A DNA stretch of 64,000 nucleotides, taken from contig CAXYJY010000043.1 in NCBI GenBank assembly GCA_964277755.1, positions 14,237 to 78,236 of the forward strand, written 5' to 3'. Position numbers and translations under genes: made by a program. Below the pieces are notes generated by a model that was not told where the DNA came from, ran no database searches, and saw nothing but the letters and a program-made list of their open reading frames with translations. Positions 48,566 through 58,575 of the stretch are shown here, piece by piece. Numbering within the stretch: position 1 is the stretch's first letter; each line of letters begins with the position of its first letter. The DNA comes from an uncultured Hymenobacter sp. GTDB lineage: Bacteria > Bacteroidota > Bacteroidia > Cytophagales > Hymenobacteraceae.

Positions 48566-49897
48566 ATGGTTAAGCTTTTTCCCTCTACACCGTTACAACG
48601 CTGGCAGTTGCGCACGGCCGCCGGGCTGTTTGTGGGCTACAGCGCCTACTACCTGTGCCGCTCCAACCTGGCGGTGGCCGCGCCGCTGCTCATCCGCGAG
48701 TTTGGCAGCCAGGGACTCAATAAAGAAGTGATGGGCGAAATCGCCTCGCTGGGCGTGCTGTGCTACGCCGCGGGCAAAGTGGTGAATGGCGCGCTGGGCG
48801 ACCTGATTGGCGGCAAGCGCATTTTCCTGCTGGGTATGGTGGGCGCCGTGGTGGCCACGGTGGTTTTCGGGCTGGGGCAGGGCTTGGCGGTGTTCTTCGG
48901 GGCGTGGGCCGTGAATCGGCTAATCCAAGCGATGGGCTGGGCCGGGCTGGTCAAAATCACGGCCAACTGGTTTTCGTACCGCTCCTACGGCAAGATAATG
49001 GGGCTGCTCAGCATCAGCTACTTGGCGGGCGACATCGTGGCCAAGCTAACCCTGGGCCAGCTTTTGGCGCTGGGCGTGGGCTGGCGCGGGCTGTTTGGGG
49101 CGGCGGCGGGCGCGCTGGCGCTGGTGGCGCTGGCCACCTGGCTCACCCTGGCCCCCACGCCCGCCAGCGTGGGGTTGCCCGACCCGCCCACCAATCCCGA
49201 CAGCTTGTTTAACGACAAAACCCAGGCCGGGCAAACCACCGCGCTGCGGGTGCTGCTGGGCACGTACTTCCGCAGCCCCGCTTTTCTGCTGATGCTGGGG
49301 TTATCGTTCGGTCTCACGGCGCTCAAGGAAGCGCTCAGCTTCTGGATACCGACCTACCTGGTGGAGGCGGCGCACCTCTCCGAAAGCGAGGCCTCGCAGT
49401 ACAGCGCGCTGTACGCGGCTTTCGGCATCGCCTCGACGCTCGGGGCGGGCTACCTCTCCGATGCCTGGCTGCGCGGGCAGCGGGGGCCGCTGCTGCTAGT
49501 GGCGAGCCTGGGCTTGGTGCCCGCGCTGTGGCTGATGGCCCAGCCTGCTACCGGCCTCCTGCTGCCGCTGGTGCTCACCTCGCTCGCGGGGCTGCTGCTG
49601 CTGGGGCCCTACTCGTTTCTGGCCGGGGCCATGTCCCTCGACCTCGGGGGGCGGCAGGGCGCGGCCACGGCGGCCGGCCTCATCGACGCGGTGGGCTACG
49701 CCGGAAGCACCGGCGCGCTGTGGCTGACCGGCCGGCTGGCCGAGCGCCAGGGCTGGGGCGCGGCCTTTCTGGCGCTGGCCGGGCTGGCGGCGGCCACGGC
49801 CGTGGCCGCCCTGGTCTTCTATTACACGCAGGAGCGGCGGCCCCGCCAAGCGGCTGCGCGCGAGGTACTGGCAGTCGTGCCGGCTGTTGACTTATAA
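48566..49897 (+). CDS. MFS transporter, organophosphate:Pi antiporter (GlpT/UhpT-like)
   Basis: YLCRSNL, GKVVNGALGDLIGGK, QAMGW, NWFS...GKIMG, AAGLIDAVGYAG. Confidence 0.88.
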   Translation: MVKLFPSTPLQRWQLRTAAGLFVGYSAYYLCRSNLAVAAPLLIREFGSQGLNKEVMGEIASLGVLCYAAGKVVNGALGDLIGGKRIFLLGMVGAVVATVVFGLGQGLAVFFGAWAVNRLIQAMGWAGLVKITANWFSYRSYGKIMGLLSISYLAGDIVAKLTLGQLLALGVGWRGLFGAAAGALALVALATWLTLAPTPASVGLPDPPTNPDSLFNDKTQAGQTTALRVLLGTYFRSPAFLLMLGLSFGLTALKEALSFWIPTYLVEAAHLSESEASQYSALYAAFGIASTLGAGYLSDAWLRGQRGPLLLVASLGLVPALWLMAQPATGLLLPLVLTSLAGLLLLGPYSFLAGAMSLDLGGRQGAATAAGLIDAVGYAGSTGALWLTGRLAERQGWGAAFLALAGLAAATAVAALVFYYTQERRPRQAAAREVLAVVPAVDL

Positions 49898-50182
49898 GAA
49901 AAAACGGGCCACAATTAGGTAACGATTTGATGACTGCCCGGCGACACTGGCCAGGCGAGCCGCCCGGAACTTTGCTTCTATAAAACAGGACTTTTCGGGG
50001 TGGCTAGCCAGCTGGCTCTTTGATAAAAACCGGCCGCTGGCGAGCAGCCCGGTGCGGGCCTGTGACGCTCGCATACTGCTTTTGCGCTTCTTCCTCTCTG
50101 GCCGGCTGGTGGCTCCCCAGCCGGCCGCTCAGGGCACGGGCGGCCCGCGCCGGGTGGTTTAGCTTTTCAATATTCTTGGTTT

Positions 50183-50779
50183 ATGGATAGCATTATGAAG
50201 CTGGTAATCAGTCCGCAACAGGCGGTGGCGCAGGTGTTCGGCTTGTACGAAACGCGCGGCGGGGCCGACTACATCGGCGAGCCGGTGTCGCAGCTCGAGC
50301 ACATGTGGCAGGCCGCCGCGCTGGCCGAGGCCGCCGGGGCCGACGACGAGGTAGTGCTGGCCGCCTTCTTCCACGACCTGGGCCACCTCTGCGCCCCCGA
50401 CCCGGCCGCCGAGTCGATGGCCGGCTTCGGGGCTGTGAACCACGAAAAGCTGGGGGCCGACTACCTGCGGGCGCGGGGGTTTTCGGCGCGCGTAGCGCGG
50501 CTGGTCGAAAGCCACGTGCAAGCCAAGCGCTACCTCACTTACCAGTACCCCAGCTACCTGCGGCAGCTTTCGGAGGCCAGCCTGGCCACGCTCACCTTCC
50601 AGGGCGGGCCGATGAGCGCGGCCGAGGCCGCCGCCTTCGAGCAAGACCCCGATGCCGACCTCATCCTGCAACTGCGGCAGTGGGACGAGCAGGCCAAGGA
50701 AGTCAACCAGCCGGTGGGCCGCCTGGCTCGCCTCAAGGAGCTGGCGCTGCGGCATTTGCTGAGCCAATCGGCAAGCTAA
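50183..50779 (+). CDS. PhnZ-like HD-domain diiron oxygenase (phosphonate-degradation associated)
   Basis: YIGEPVSQLEH, FHDLGH, NHEKLG, ESHVQAKRYL, LSEAS, RQWDEQAK; alternative start 50195. Confidence 0.88.
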   Translation: MDSIMKLVISPQQAVAQVFGLYETRGGADYIGEPVSQLEHMWQAAALAEAAGADDEVVLAAFFHDLGHLCAPDPAAESMAGFGAVNHEKLGADYLRARGFSARVARLVESHVQAKRYLTYQYPSYLRQLSEASLATLTFQGGPMSAAEAAAFEQDPDADLILQLRQWDEQAKEVNQPVGRLARLKELALRHLLSQSAS

Positions 50780-50784
50780 AAACC

Positions 50785-50812
50785 AGCCGCCGCCCGCGGC
50801 CGGGCGGCTTTT
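50785..50812 (+). terminator. Possible weak terminator/attenuator between HD gene and susC
   Basis: AGCCGCC...GGCGGCT followed by TTT. Confidence 0.45.
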
Positions 50813-50844
50813 CGCGCACTACTCACATCCACTTCTTTCTTTTT

Positions 50845-53800
50845 ATGCGGAGTATCTACAAGCAAGTTTCGGTGCTGGGGCTTGGGCTGGCTTTGGGGCT
50901 GGCCCCGCGCCTAGCGCTGGCCCAAAGCGCCCTCGGCGGCACCATCACCGACGATAAAAAGCAGCCGCTGCCCGGCGCGAGTGTGGTGATAAAAGGTACC
51001 AGCAAGGGCACGACCACCGACGCCAACGGGCACTTCTCGCTGCCCACGCAGCCCGGCGACGTGCTGGTTATCAGCTCGCTGGGCACGGTGACGCAGGAAG
51101 TGACGGTGGGCAGCCAAAGCAGCCTCACCGTGGCGCTCGCCGCCGACAACAAGCAGCTCGACGAGGTGGTAGTGACCGCGCTGGGCGTGAAAAAGGAGGT
51201 GCGCAAAATCGGCTACGCGGTGCAGGAGCTCAACGGCGAGGACATCGTGAAGGCCCGCGACCCCAACCCCATCACCGGCCTCACGGGCAAGATTGCCGGG
51301 CTCTCGGTGGGCCCGTCGGCCGAGCTGCTGCGCGCCCCCAACGTGCTGTTGCGCGGCAACGCGGTGGGCCTGTACGTGGTCGATGGCTTCCCGATAAACA
51401 CCGACACCTGGAACATCAGCCCCGACGATATCGAAACCTACACCGTGCTGAAAGGGCCGGCCGCCGCCGCCCTCTACGGCAACCGGGCCATCGCGGGGGC
51501 CATCCTCATTACCACCAAAAAGGGCAACCGCAACAAGAAGGGCTTCACGGTGGAGCTCAATAGCAGCAACGTCATTCAATCGGGCTTCCTGGCATTTCCG
51601 CGCTTGCAGGACTCCTACGGGCCGGGCGAGAACACGCAGTACCAGTTCGTAAACGGCAAGGGCGGCGCGCCGGGCGGCGTGGATGGCGACTACGATGTGT
51701 GGGGGCCGTATTTCGCGGGCCAGCTCATTCCGCAGTACGACTCGCCCATCGTGAACGGCGTGCGCCAGGGCACGCCCTGGGTGGCACGGGGCAAAAACAA
51801 CTTGCGCAACTTCCTGCGCCCGGGCTTTCAGACCAATAACAACCTCGCGCTGAGCGCCAACGGCGATACCTATACTACGCGCTTCTCGGTATCGCAGCAA
51901 AAGCAGAACAGCATCGTGCCCAACACGGGCCTCAATATCGTCAATTTCAACCTGTACGGCGGCTTCAACCCGAGTCCGCGCTTCAAGATTGAAGCCAACG
52001 TCAACTTCAACCGGCAGTTCACCGACAACTTCCCCGACGTGGACTACGGCCCCAACAGCCTGCTTTACAACGTGGGCATCTGGACGGGGGCCGACTGGGA
52101 CGTGAACGCGCCCGACATTCGGGGCATCTGGCAGCCGGGGCAGGTGGGCACGCAGTCGGTATTTGCCGAGTACCAGCGCTACCACAACCCCTGGCTGGTG
52201 GTGGAGAAATGGAAGCGCGGGCACTACAAAAACGACATCTACGGCTACCTCACCGGTAATTTCAAGATTGATAATCACCTGAGCGCCACGCTGCGCACCC
52301 AAATCAATACCTACGGCCTGCTGCGCACCGAGCAAATGCCATTTTCGGCCCACCCCTACGGCCGCGAGGGCAACCTGGGCGACTACCGCGAAGACCGCCG
52401 CAACCTGTTCGACAACAACGCGGAGGGCTTTTTGAGCTACAACTACGACCTGGGCGGCGCGCAGAAGTTCTTCAACCTGAGCGGCCTGGTGGGCGGCAAC
52501 GTCCGCAACTTCACCTACAACTCGAACTGGACCTCGACCGACTACCTCAACGTGCCCGAGGTGTACTCGTTCAGCAACTCGCTGAACCCGGTGCAGAGCA
52601 CGAGCTTCAGTTCGCAGATGCGGGTGCTGAGCGCCTACTACTCGCTCGACCTGAGCCTGGGCAAGTACGCCACGCTGTCGAGCACGGGGCGCGTGGACCG
52701 CACCTCGGCCTTGCGCGTGCCCACCAGCTTTTTCTATCCCAGCGTGTCGCTGGCCTCGGTGGTGTCCGACTACGTGAAGCTGCCAGCGGCTATTTCCTTC
52801 CTGAAGGTGCGGGCCTCCTACGCCAACATTCGGGACGGGGGCACGGCTACCAGCATCGGGCCGGCCCCGTTCAACTCGATTACCGCCCTGGGCGGGCAAA
52901 CGCTGGCCAGCAACCCCAGCACCGACCCGCTGTTCTACAATCCGCTGGGGTACGGCAACGTGTATGCCTCGCCTTATAATGGCCCCACCTACGCGCTGCA
53001 ATCCTTTTATACGACTAGCAAGCCCTACAACAACCAAACGGCGGGCTACGGTACCAATAACCTCTTCACGCCCGGCATTCAGCCCACGACCCGCGTAAAC
53101 TACGAGCAGGGCGTGGACGTCAAGTTTCTGCAAAACCGTCTGGGCCTGAGCTTCACCGCTTTCCAATACGTGAACGGGCCGGCCATCCTGGCCAACCCCA
53201 CCTCGACCGCTACGGGCTACACGACGCAGTACGTCAACGCCCTGAAAACCAAGACTACCGGGTATGAAGTCAGCCTGACCGGCACGCCCGTGCAGAACGC
53301 CAACGGCTTTGGTTGGGACGTGCTGGTGAACTACTCGACCTTCACCCCCAAGTACCTGGAGCTGCCCAGCGGCCAGCAGTACTACAACACGTTCTTCCAG
53401 CAGGGCGACCGCACCGATAAGTTTTACGGCACGGCCTTCGTGCGCACGCCCGACGGGCAGATTGTGAACGACGCGGGCGGCAAGCCCCTGGCCAACCCGG
53501 TAGCGCAGTATTTGGGCAACCTGAACGCCAAGTTCAACTGGAGCATCTACAACAAGTTTCACTATAAGTCGCTGGCGCTGGCCTTCCAGTTTGATGGCGC
53601 GGTGGGCGGCGTGACCACCGATTATATGTTCCGCCAGACCATGCGTGGCGGGCGCAATATCCTCACCGCCGAGGGTGCCCTCGGCGATGCCCGTTACCAG
53701 GACTGGTCGAACTACGGCAAAACTGGCTACTCCGGCACCTACGTGGGCGAGGGCGTGCAGGTGGCCAACGGGGCCAGCATCAACTACGACTCGCAGACGG

Positions 53801-54150
53801 GCGCCATCCTCAACGGCGACGCCCTGCGCTTCAGCCCCAACACGACCAAAGCCTTCGTGCAAGACTACGTGAGCCGCTACTACGGCGTGGCCGAGGCCAG
53901 CCTGATGAGCAAGACCTTCGCCAAGCTGCGCGAAGTAACCGTGACCTACGAGCTGCCGCGCACGCTGCTCAGCAATGGCTTCATTCAGAAGGTATCGGTG
54001 TCGCTCATCGGCCGCAACCTGCTGTATTTCTACGGCGACAAGCGCTTCCGCGACGTGGACATCGACCAGTACAACGGGGCCGTGTCGCAGACGGGCTTGC
54101 AGTCGCCCACGGTGCGCAGCTACGGGCTGAATCTGAACGCTACTTTTTAA
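50845..54150 (+). CDS. SusC/RagA TonB-dependent transporter
   Basis: LPGASVVIKGT, LDEVVVTALG, VLKGPAAAALYG, ILITTKKG, C-terminal YGLNLNATF. Confidence 0.96.
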   Translation: MRSIYKQVSVLGLGLALGLAPRLALAQSALGGTITDDKKQPLPGASVVIKGTSKGTTTDANGHFSLPTQPGDVLVISSLGTVTQEVTVGSQSSLTVALAADNKQLDEVVVTALGVKKEVRKIGYAVQELNGEDIVKARDPNPITGLTGKIAGLSVGPSAELLRAPNVLLRGNAVGLYVVDGFPINTDTWNISPDDIETYTVLKGPAAAALYGNRAIAGAILITTKKGNRNKKGFTVELNSSNVIQSGFLAFPRLQDSYGPGENTQYQFVNGKGGAPGGVDGDYDVWGPYFAGQLIPQYDSPIVNGVRQGTPWVARGKNNLRNFLRPGFQTNNNLALSANGDTYTTRFSVSQQKQNSIVPNTGLNIVNFNLYGGFNPSPRFKIEANVNFNRQFTDNFPDVDYGPNSLLYNVGIWTGADWDVNAPDIRGIWQPGQVGTQSVFAEYQRYHNPWLVVEKWKRGHYKNDIYGYLTGNFKIDNHLSATLRTQINTYGLLRTEQMPFSAHPYGREGNLGDYREDRRNLFDNNAEGFLSYNYDLGGAQKFFNLSGLVGGNVRNFTYNSNWTSTDYLNVPEVYSFSNSLNPVQSTSFSSQMRVLSAYYSLDLSLGKYATLSSTGRVDRTSALRVPTSFFYPSVSLASVVSDYVKLPAAISFLKVRASYANIRDGGTATSIGPAPFNSITALGGQTLASNPSTDPLFYNPLGYGNVYASPYNGPTYALQSFYTTSKPYNNQTAGYGTNNLFTPGIQPTTRVNYEQGVDVKFLQNRLGLSFTAFQYVNGPAILANPTSTATGYTTQYVNALKTKTTGYEVSLTGTPVQNANGFGWDVLVNYSTFTPKYLELPSGQQYYNTFFQQGDRTDKFYGTAFVRTPDGQIVNDAGGKPLANPVAQYLGNLNAKFNWSIYNKFHYKSLALAFQFDGAVGGVTTDYMFRQTMRGGRNILTAEGALGDARYQDWSNYGKTGYSGTYVGEGVQVANGASINYDSQTGAILNGDALRFSPNTTKAFVQDYVSRYYGVAEASLMSKTFAKLREVTVTYELPRTLLSNGFIQKVSVSLIGRNLLYFYGDKRFRDVDIDQYNGAVSQTGLQSPTVRSYGLNLNATF

Positions 54151-54175
54151 GGAGTAGCTGACATTGAAAACGCTT

Positions 54176-54269
54176 GTCATGCTGAACGCAGTGAAGCATC
54201 TCGCGTGGTGAAGTAATCTCTAACGTCAGCAACGAAGCGAGCGAGATGCTTCACTGCGTTCAGCATGAC
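54176..54269. repeat. GTCA-type REP doublet
   Basis: GTCATGCTGAACGCAGTGAAGCATCTCGC ... GCGAGATGCTTCACTGCGTTCAGCATGAC. Confidence 0.92.
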
Positions 54270-54303
54270 CCGAACAAGTAACTGTCAGCTCTGCATCATC
54301 CCT

Positions 54304-55887
54304 ATGAAAAATATCTTCAAAACCGCTGCCCTCCTGGGCCTACTCACCCTCTCGGCCACGAGCTGTAATAAGACGCTCGACGAGCTGACCATCAATGAAA
54401 ACAAGCCTAACGCCGTGCCGGCCTCGCTGCTGCTCACGGGCGTGCTCAACGATGCCTACGAGGCACCCAACGGCAGCTACGAGGTTTGGAACCAGTACTA
54501 CCTCAACAACTACGACTACTACGGCAACAACCGCTACGACTTCGGCAGCGGCACGGCCTTCTACACCACACTCAAGAACGTGGGTTTGATGGAGCAGCAG
54601 GCCCTAGCGGCCGGCTCGCCGGCCACCAATCCTTATGCGGCGCTGGGCAATTTCTTCCGGGCTTACCTCTTCACCCGCATGAGCTTGCAAATGGGCGACG
54701 TGCCGCTGAGCCAGGCCCTGCTGGGCCTCGACAACCTGACGCCCGCCTACGACGCGCAGAAGGCCGTGTTCGTGCAGTCGTTTAAGTGGCTGGAGCAGGC
54801 CAATGCCGACCTCACGACGCTCATCGCCAGCGGCACCACTACCGTGAACGGCGATATTTATTTCAACGGTAATCTGCGCCAGTGGCAGAAAGTGGTGAAC
54901 GCGCTGCGCCTGCGTCTGCTGCTGCACCTGAGCAAGAAAACCGGCGACGCCGACCTCAACGTGGCCGGCCAGTTTGCGGCCATCGTGGGCAACCCCACCA
55001 AGTACCCCATCATGACCAGCAACGCCGACAACATGCAGTACGTGTTCGTGTCGGCCACCAACAACTTCTACCCCAACAACAACCGCAACTTTGGGCAGGA
55101 CGGCTCGCGCAAGAATATGTCGGCCACCTACGTGGGCCTGCTCACGCAGCTGCAAGACCCGCGCGTGTACGCCACCTGCGAGCCCGCCCGCTACCTGGTC
55201 GATACCCAGGGCCAGAGCTCGACCAGCTACGCCTCCTTCGTGGGGGCCGATGCCGGCCTCGACCTAGGTGTGATGTATAACAACGCCGGCCAGGGGCGTT
55301 ACTCGTTTCTGAACCGCTACCGCTACTTCCGCACCCTGCTGGGCGAGCCCAGCATCCAGATTGGCTACCCCGAGCAGTGCCTCAACATCGCCGAAGGCAT
55401 CAACCGGGGCTGGCTGAGCGGCGGCAACGCCGAGACGTACTACACGGCCGGCATTCAGGCCTCGATGGCTTCGTACAGCCTGCCCACCAGTGGTACCTAC
55501 ACCGCTTATTTCTACCGCCCCGGCTCGACGGACGTCACCAACACCGGCAACTACGATACCTATAACATCCCCGTCAGCTACGCCACCTACTACGCCCAGA
55601 GCGGCGTGCAGTACGCGGGCGGCAGCACCGGCCTGACCCAGATTTTGCAGCAGAAATACCTGGCTTTGTTCCGCCACTCGGGCCTGGAGGCGTACTACAA
55701 CTACCGCCGCACCGGCGTGCCCACTTTCACTACCGGCGCGGGCACTGGCAACAGCGGCCGCATCGCGCTGCGCTTCCGCTACCCCGCTTCCGAGCGCACG
55801 GCCAATACCACGAATTACCAGGCCGCGCTGGCCAGCCAGTACGGCGGCAACGACGACATCAACGGCGTGATGTACGTGCTGAAGTAG
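54304..55887 (+). CDS. SusD/RagB family lipoprotein
   Basis: Lipobox ATSC, MGDVPLSQA, QWQKVVNALRLR, QQKYLALF, NYRRTG, RFRYP. Confidence 0.94.
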   Translation: MKNIFKTAALLGLLTLSATSCNKTLDELTINENKPNAVPASLLLTGVLNDAYEAPNGSYEVWNQYYLNNYDYYGNNRYDFGSGTAFYTTLKNVGLMEQQALAAGSPATNPYAALGNFFRAYLFTRMSLQMGDVPLSQALLGLDNLTPAYDAQKAVFVQSFKWLEQANADLTTLIASGTTTVNGDIYFNGNLRQWQKVVNALRLRLLLHLSKKTGDADLNVAGQFAAIVGNPTKYPIMTSNADNMQYVFVSATNNFYPNNNRNFGQDGSRKNMSATYVGLLTQLQDPRVYATCEPARYLVDTQGQSSTSYASFVGADAGLDLGVMYNNAGQGRYSFLNRYRYFRTLLGEPSIQIGYPEQCLNIAEGINRGWLSGGNAETYYTAGIQASMASYSLPTSGTYTAYFYRPGSTDVTNTGNYDTYNIPVSYATYYAQSGVQYAGGSTGLTQILQQKYLALFRHSGLEAYYNYRRTGVPTFTTGAGTGNSGRIALRFRYPASERTANTTNYQAALASQYGGNDDINGVMYVLK

Positions 55888-55905
55888 AGTGCTCGCCGGG
55901 CGCGG

Positions 55906-56026
55906 ACCTCACCCCCTAGCCCCCTCTCCAAAAAAGAGGGGGAACTAGTTTTTAGCTATGGCTTCTAGAAGCTAGAACTAGGGCTAGTCCCCCCTCTTTT
56001 TTGGAGTGGGGGCTAGGGGGTGAGGT
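55906..56026. repeat. CCCCTCTCC-type REP doublet
   Basis: ACCTCACCCCCTAGCCCCCTCTCCAAAAAAGAGGGGG and inverted arm. Confidence 0.88.
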
Positions 56027-56061
56027 TCACGCAAGACGAGCCTACCAAAACCTTTTTCAAA

Positions 56062-57159
56062 ATGAAGCTCCTCCTCACCGCCGCTTTCGCCGCCCTCACC
56101 CTCGCCGCCCAGGCCCAGACTACCCCCAGGCTGCGCACCGAAAACGTGGTGCTCATCACCCTCGACGGCATGCGCTGGCAGGAAATATTCGGCGGGGCCG
56201 ACACCGCGCTGTTTCGCCAGAGCAAGCACTACTACACCGACCGCAAAACGCTGCACAAGGACTTTGGCCAAGCCACGCCCGAGCAGCGTCGCCAAGTGCT
56301 GATGCCCTTTTTGTGGGGCACCGTGGCCCAGCAGGGGCAGCTCTATGGCAACCGCCCGGCCGGCAGCCTGGTCAACATCACGAATACCATGCGCTTCTCG
56401 TACCCCGGCTACAACGAAATCCTGACCGGGGCCGCCGACGATGCCCGCATCCACAGCAACGACCCGCTCGACAACCCCAACAAGTCGGTGCTGGAAGTGC
56501 TGAGCCAGCAGCCCGCCTTCAAAGGCAAGGTAGCCGCCTTCGGCTCGTGGGAGGCCTTCCCCTACATCCTCAACGAAAAGCGCAGCAACCTGCCCGTGAA
56601 CGCCGGCCAGCGCCTGGCCACGGGCAAAAACCTCACGCCGGGCGAGCAATTGCTTAATCAGCTGGAGGTAGCCTCGCCCAGCCCGTTTGGCGAGGAGCGG
56701 CTTGATGCCTTCACCTACGGCTACGCGCTCGAATACCTGAAGAAAAACAAGCCCCGCGTGCTCTACGTGGGCTTTGGCGACACCGACGACTGGGCTCACG
56801 GCGGCGAGTACGGCGCGTATCTGCATTCGGCGCAGTACACCGACGGCTTCATTCGGCAGCTGTGGGAGTATTTGCAAAGCGACCCGCAGTACCGGGGTAA
56901 AACCACGCTGCTGCTCACCACCGACCACGGCCGCGGCCCGGCCGGCACCCAGTGGCAGCACCACGGCCGCGAGGTAGCCGGGGCCGACCAAATCTGGCTG
57001 GCCGCCCTCGGCCCCGACACGCCCGCCCTGGGCATGGCCACCACCGGCCAGCTCTACCAAAACCAGGTGGCCGCCACCCTAGCCGCGCTGCTGGGCCAAC
57101 CCTACGCGCCCACGCCCGCTACGGGCAAGCCCGTGCCGGCGGTGCTGGGGCAGAAGTAG
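56062..57159 (+). CDS. Secreted alkaline-phosphatase-superfamily enzyme A
   Basis: Signal peptide AQAQ; TLDGMRW, FSYPGY, DTDDWAH, TTDHG, QHHG. Confidence 0.88.
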   Translation: MKLLLTAAFAALTLAAQAQTTPRLRTENVVLITLDGMRWQEIFGGADTALFRQSKHYYTDRKTLHKDFGQATPEQRRQVLMPFLWGTVAQQGQLYGNRPAGSLVNITNTMRFSYPGYNEILTGAADDARIHSNDPLDNPNKSVLEVLSQQPAFKGKVAAFGSWEAFPYILNEKRSNLPVNAGQRLATGKNLTPGEQLLNQLEVASPSPFGEERLDAFTYGYALEYLKKNKPRVLYVGFGDTDDWAHGGEYGAYLHSAQYTDGFIRQLWEYLQSDPQYRGKTTLLLTTDHGRGPAGTQWQHHGREVAGADQIWLAALGPDTPALGMATTGQLYQNQVAATLAALLGQPYAPTPATGKPVPAVLGQK

Positions 57160-57178
57160 TTGCGTTTGTCATACGGTC

Positions 57179-57274
57179 GTCATGCAGAGCGCAGCGAAGC
57201 ATCTCGCGTGTTAGCGTCTGCCAACGTCAGGGTTTACTGCGCTACGCGAGATGCTTCGCTGCGCTCTGCATGAC
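57179..57274. repeat. CGTC-type REP doublet
   Basis: GTCATGCAGAGCGCAGCGAAGCATCTCGCG ... CGCGAGATGCTTCGCTGCGCTCTGCATGAC. Confidence 0.92.
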
Positions 57275-57289
57275 CTTGCTTTATAGTTT

Positions 57290-58528
57290 ATGAAAAGCAC
57301 TCTCCTCTTCCTCCTCACCTTGCTGAGCCTCGCCGCCCACGCCCAGCCGCGCGCCCGCAAGGTGGTCTTTATCATCGCCGACGGCATCCCGGCCGACGTG
57401 CTGGAAAAAGCCACCACGCCGAACATCAGAAAAGTAATCGCCAGCGGTACCTACCTGCCCGCCTACGTGGGCGGCGGCCTCGGCACGTATACCCAAACGC
57501 CCACTATCTCGGCCCCCGGCTACATGGACCTCATCACCGGCACCTGGGGCTACAAGCACAACGTGTGGGACAATGCCGTGCAGGCCCCCAACTACCAGTA
57601 CAAGAATATTTTTCGCCTGCTGAAAGAAGTCCGGCCGACCGCTAAAATCGGTATTTTCTCGACCTGGCTCGACAACCGCACCAAGCTCGTGGGCGAGGGC
57701 CTGCCCGCCGCCGGCAACCTGAAATTTGACTACCACGCCGATGGCTATGAGCTCGACACCGTGGCCTTTCGGCACGACAAGGGCAGCCTCTACACCCACG
57801 CCATCGACGATAGGGTAGTGGCCGAAGCCGCCCAGTGCCTGCGCCAAAATGCCCCCGACCTGAGCTGGATTTACCTGGAGCATACCGACGACATCGGCCA
57901 CCGCTACGGCGACAGCCCGCAGCAGCAGCAGGCCCTGGCCTACCTCGATGCCCAGGTGGGCCAGGTGTGGGCCGCCCTGCAAGCGCGCACCCGGCAGCAC
58001 GCCGAAGACTGGCTGCTGGTGCTCACCACCGACCACGGCCGCGACGCCGCCACTGGCCGCAATCACGGCGGGCAGTCGGCACGCGAGCGCGCCACCTGGC
58101 TGGTGCTGAGTACCAAAGACGCGAACGCCTACGCCCGCCGCCCGCCCGTGGCCATCGTGGATGTGCTGCCCACTATTGCCCGCTTTATGCAACTGCCGCT
58201 GTCCGAGGATACCCAGCGCGAGCTCGACGGCGTGCCGCTCATCGGGCCCGTATCGCTGGCGCAGCCCGTGGCCACGGCCACGCCCGACAGCCTGCGCCTA
58301 CGCTGGACGGCCCTGAGCACCCGCCCCGAAAAAGTGAAGGTATGGGTGGCTACCACCAATAATTTCAAAACCGGCGGCCCCGACCAGTACCGCCTGCTGG
58401 CCACCGTGCCGCTGGCCCGTCAGCGCCTGGCCATCAGCCGCCAGCAGGCCGGGTTGGCGAATTATGAAATCGTGAAGCTTGTGCTCGAAGGGGAGCAGAA
58501 TACAGTTAATTACTGGCTGCTGCCGTAG
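57290..58528 (+). CDS. Secreted alkaline-phosphatase-superfamily enzyme B (NPP-like) with C-terminal Ig-like domain
   Basis: IIADGIP, TISAPGY, EHTDDIGH, TTDHG, NHGG. Confidence 0.88.
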   Translation: MKSTLLFLLTLLSLAAHAQPRARKVVFIIADGIPADVLEKATTPNIRKVIASGTYLPAYVGGGLGTYTQTPTISAPGYMDLITGTWGYKHNVWDNAVQAPNYQYKNIFRLLKEVRPTAKIGIFSTWLDNRTKLVGEGLPAAGNLKFDYHADGYELDTVAFRHDKGSLYTHAIDDRVVAEAAQCLRQNAPDLSWIYLEHTDDIGHRYGDSPQQQQALAYLDAQVGQVWAALQARTRQHAEDWLLVLTTDHGRDAATGRNHGGQSARERATWLVLSTKDANAYARRPPVAIVDVLPTIARFMQLPLSEDTQRELDGVPLIGPVSLAQPVATATPDSLRLRWTALSTRPEKVKVWVATTNNFKTGGPDQYRLLATVPLARQRLAISRQQAGLANYEIVKLVLEGEQNTVNYWLLP

Positions 58529-58575
58529 AAAACGGCTGAGTGGGGCTACGACAAGTTTTTCAGAATCTTACCCTG

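Noticed and set aside
50305-50844. N-terminal extension of SusC to 1281 aa
   Set aside because: Overlaps the HD gene in another frame and is Arg/Gly/Pro-rich; signal peptide and AT-rich leader indicate ATG 50845
50911-54180. 1089-aa antisense ORF over susC, and similar long antisense ORFs (43439-44764, 42211-43194, 7566-8630, 12281-13222)
   Set aside because: Shadow frames produced by GC-rich codon bias; no motifs, while the sense strand has clear family signatures
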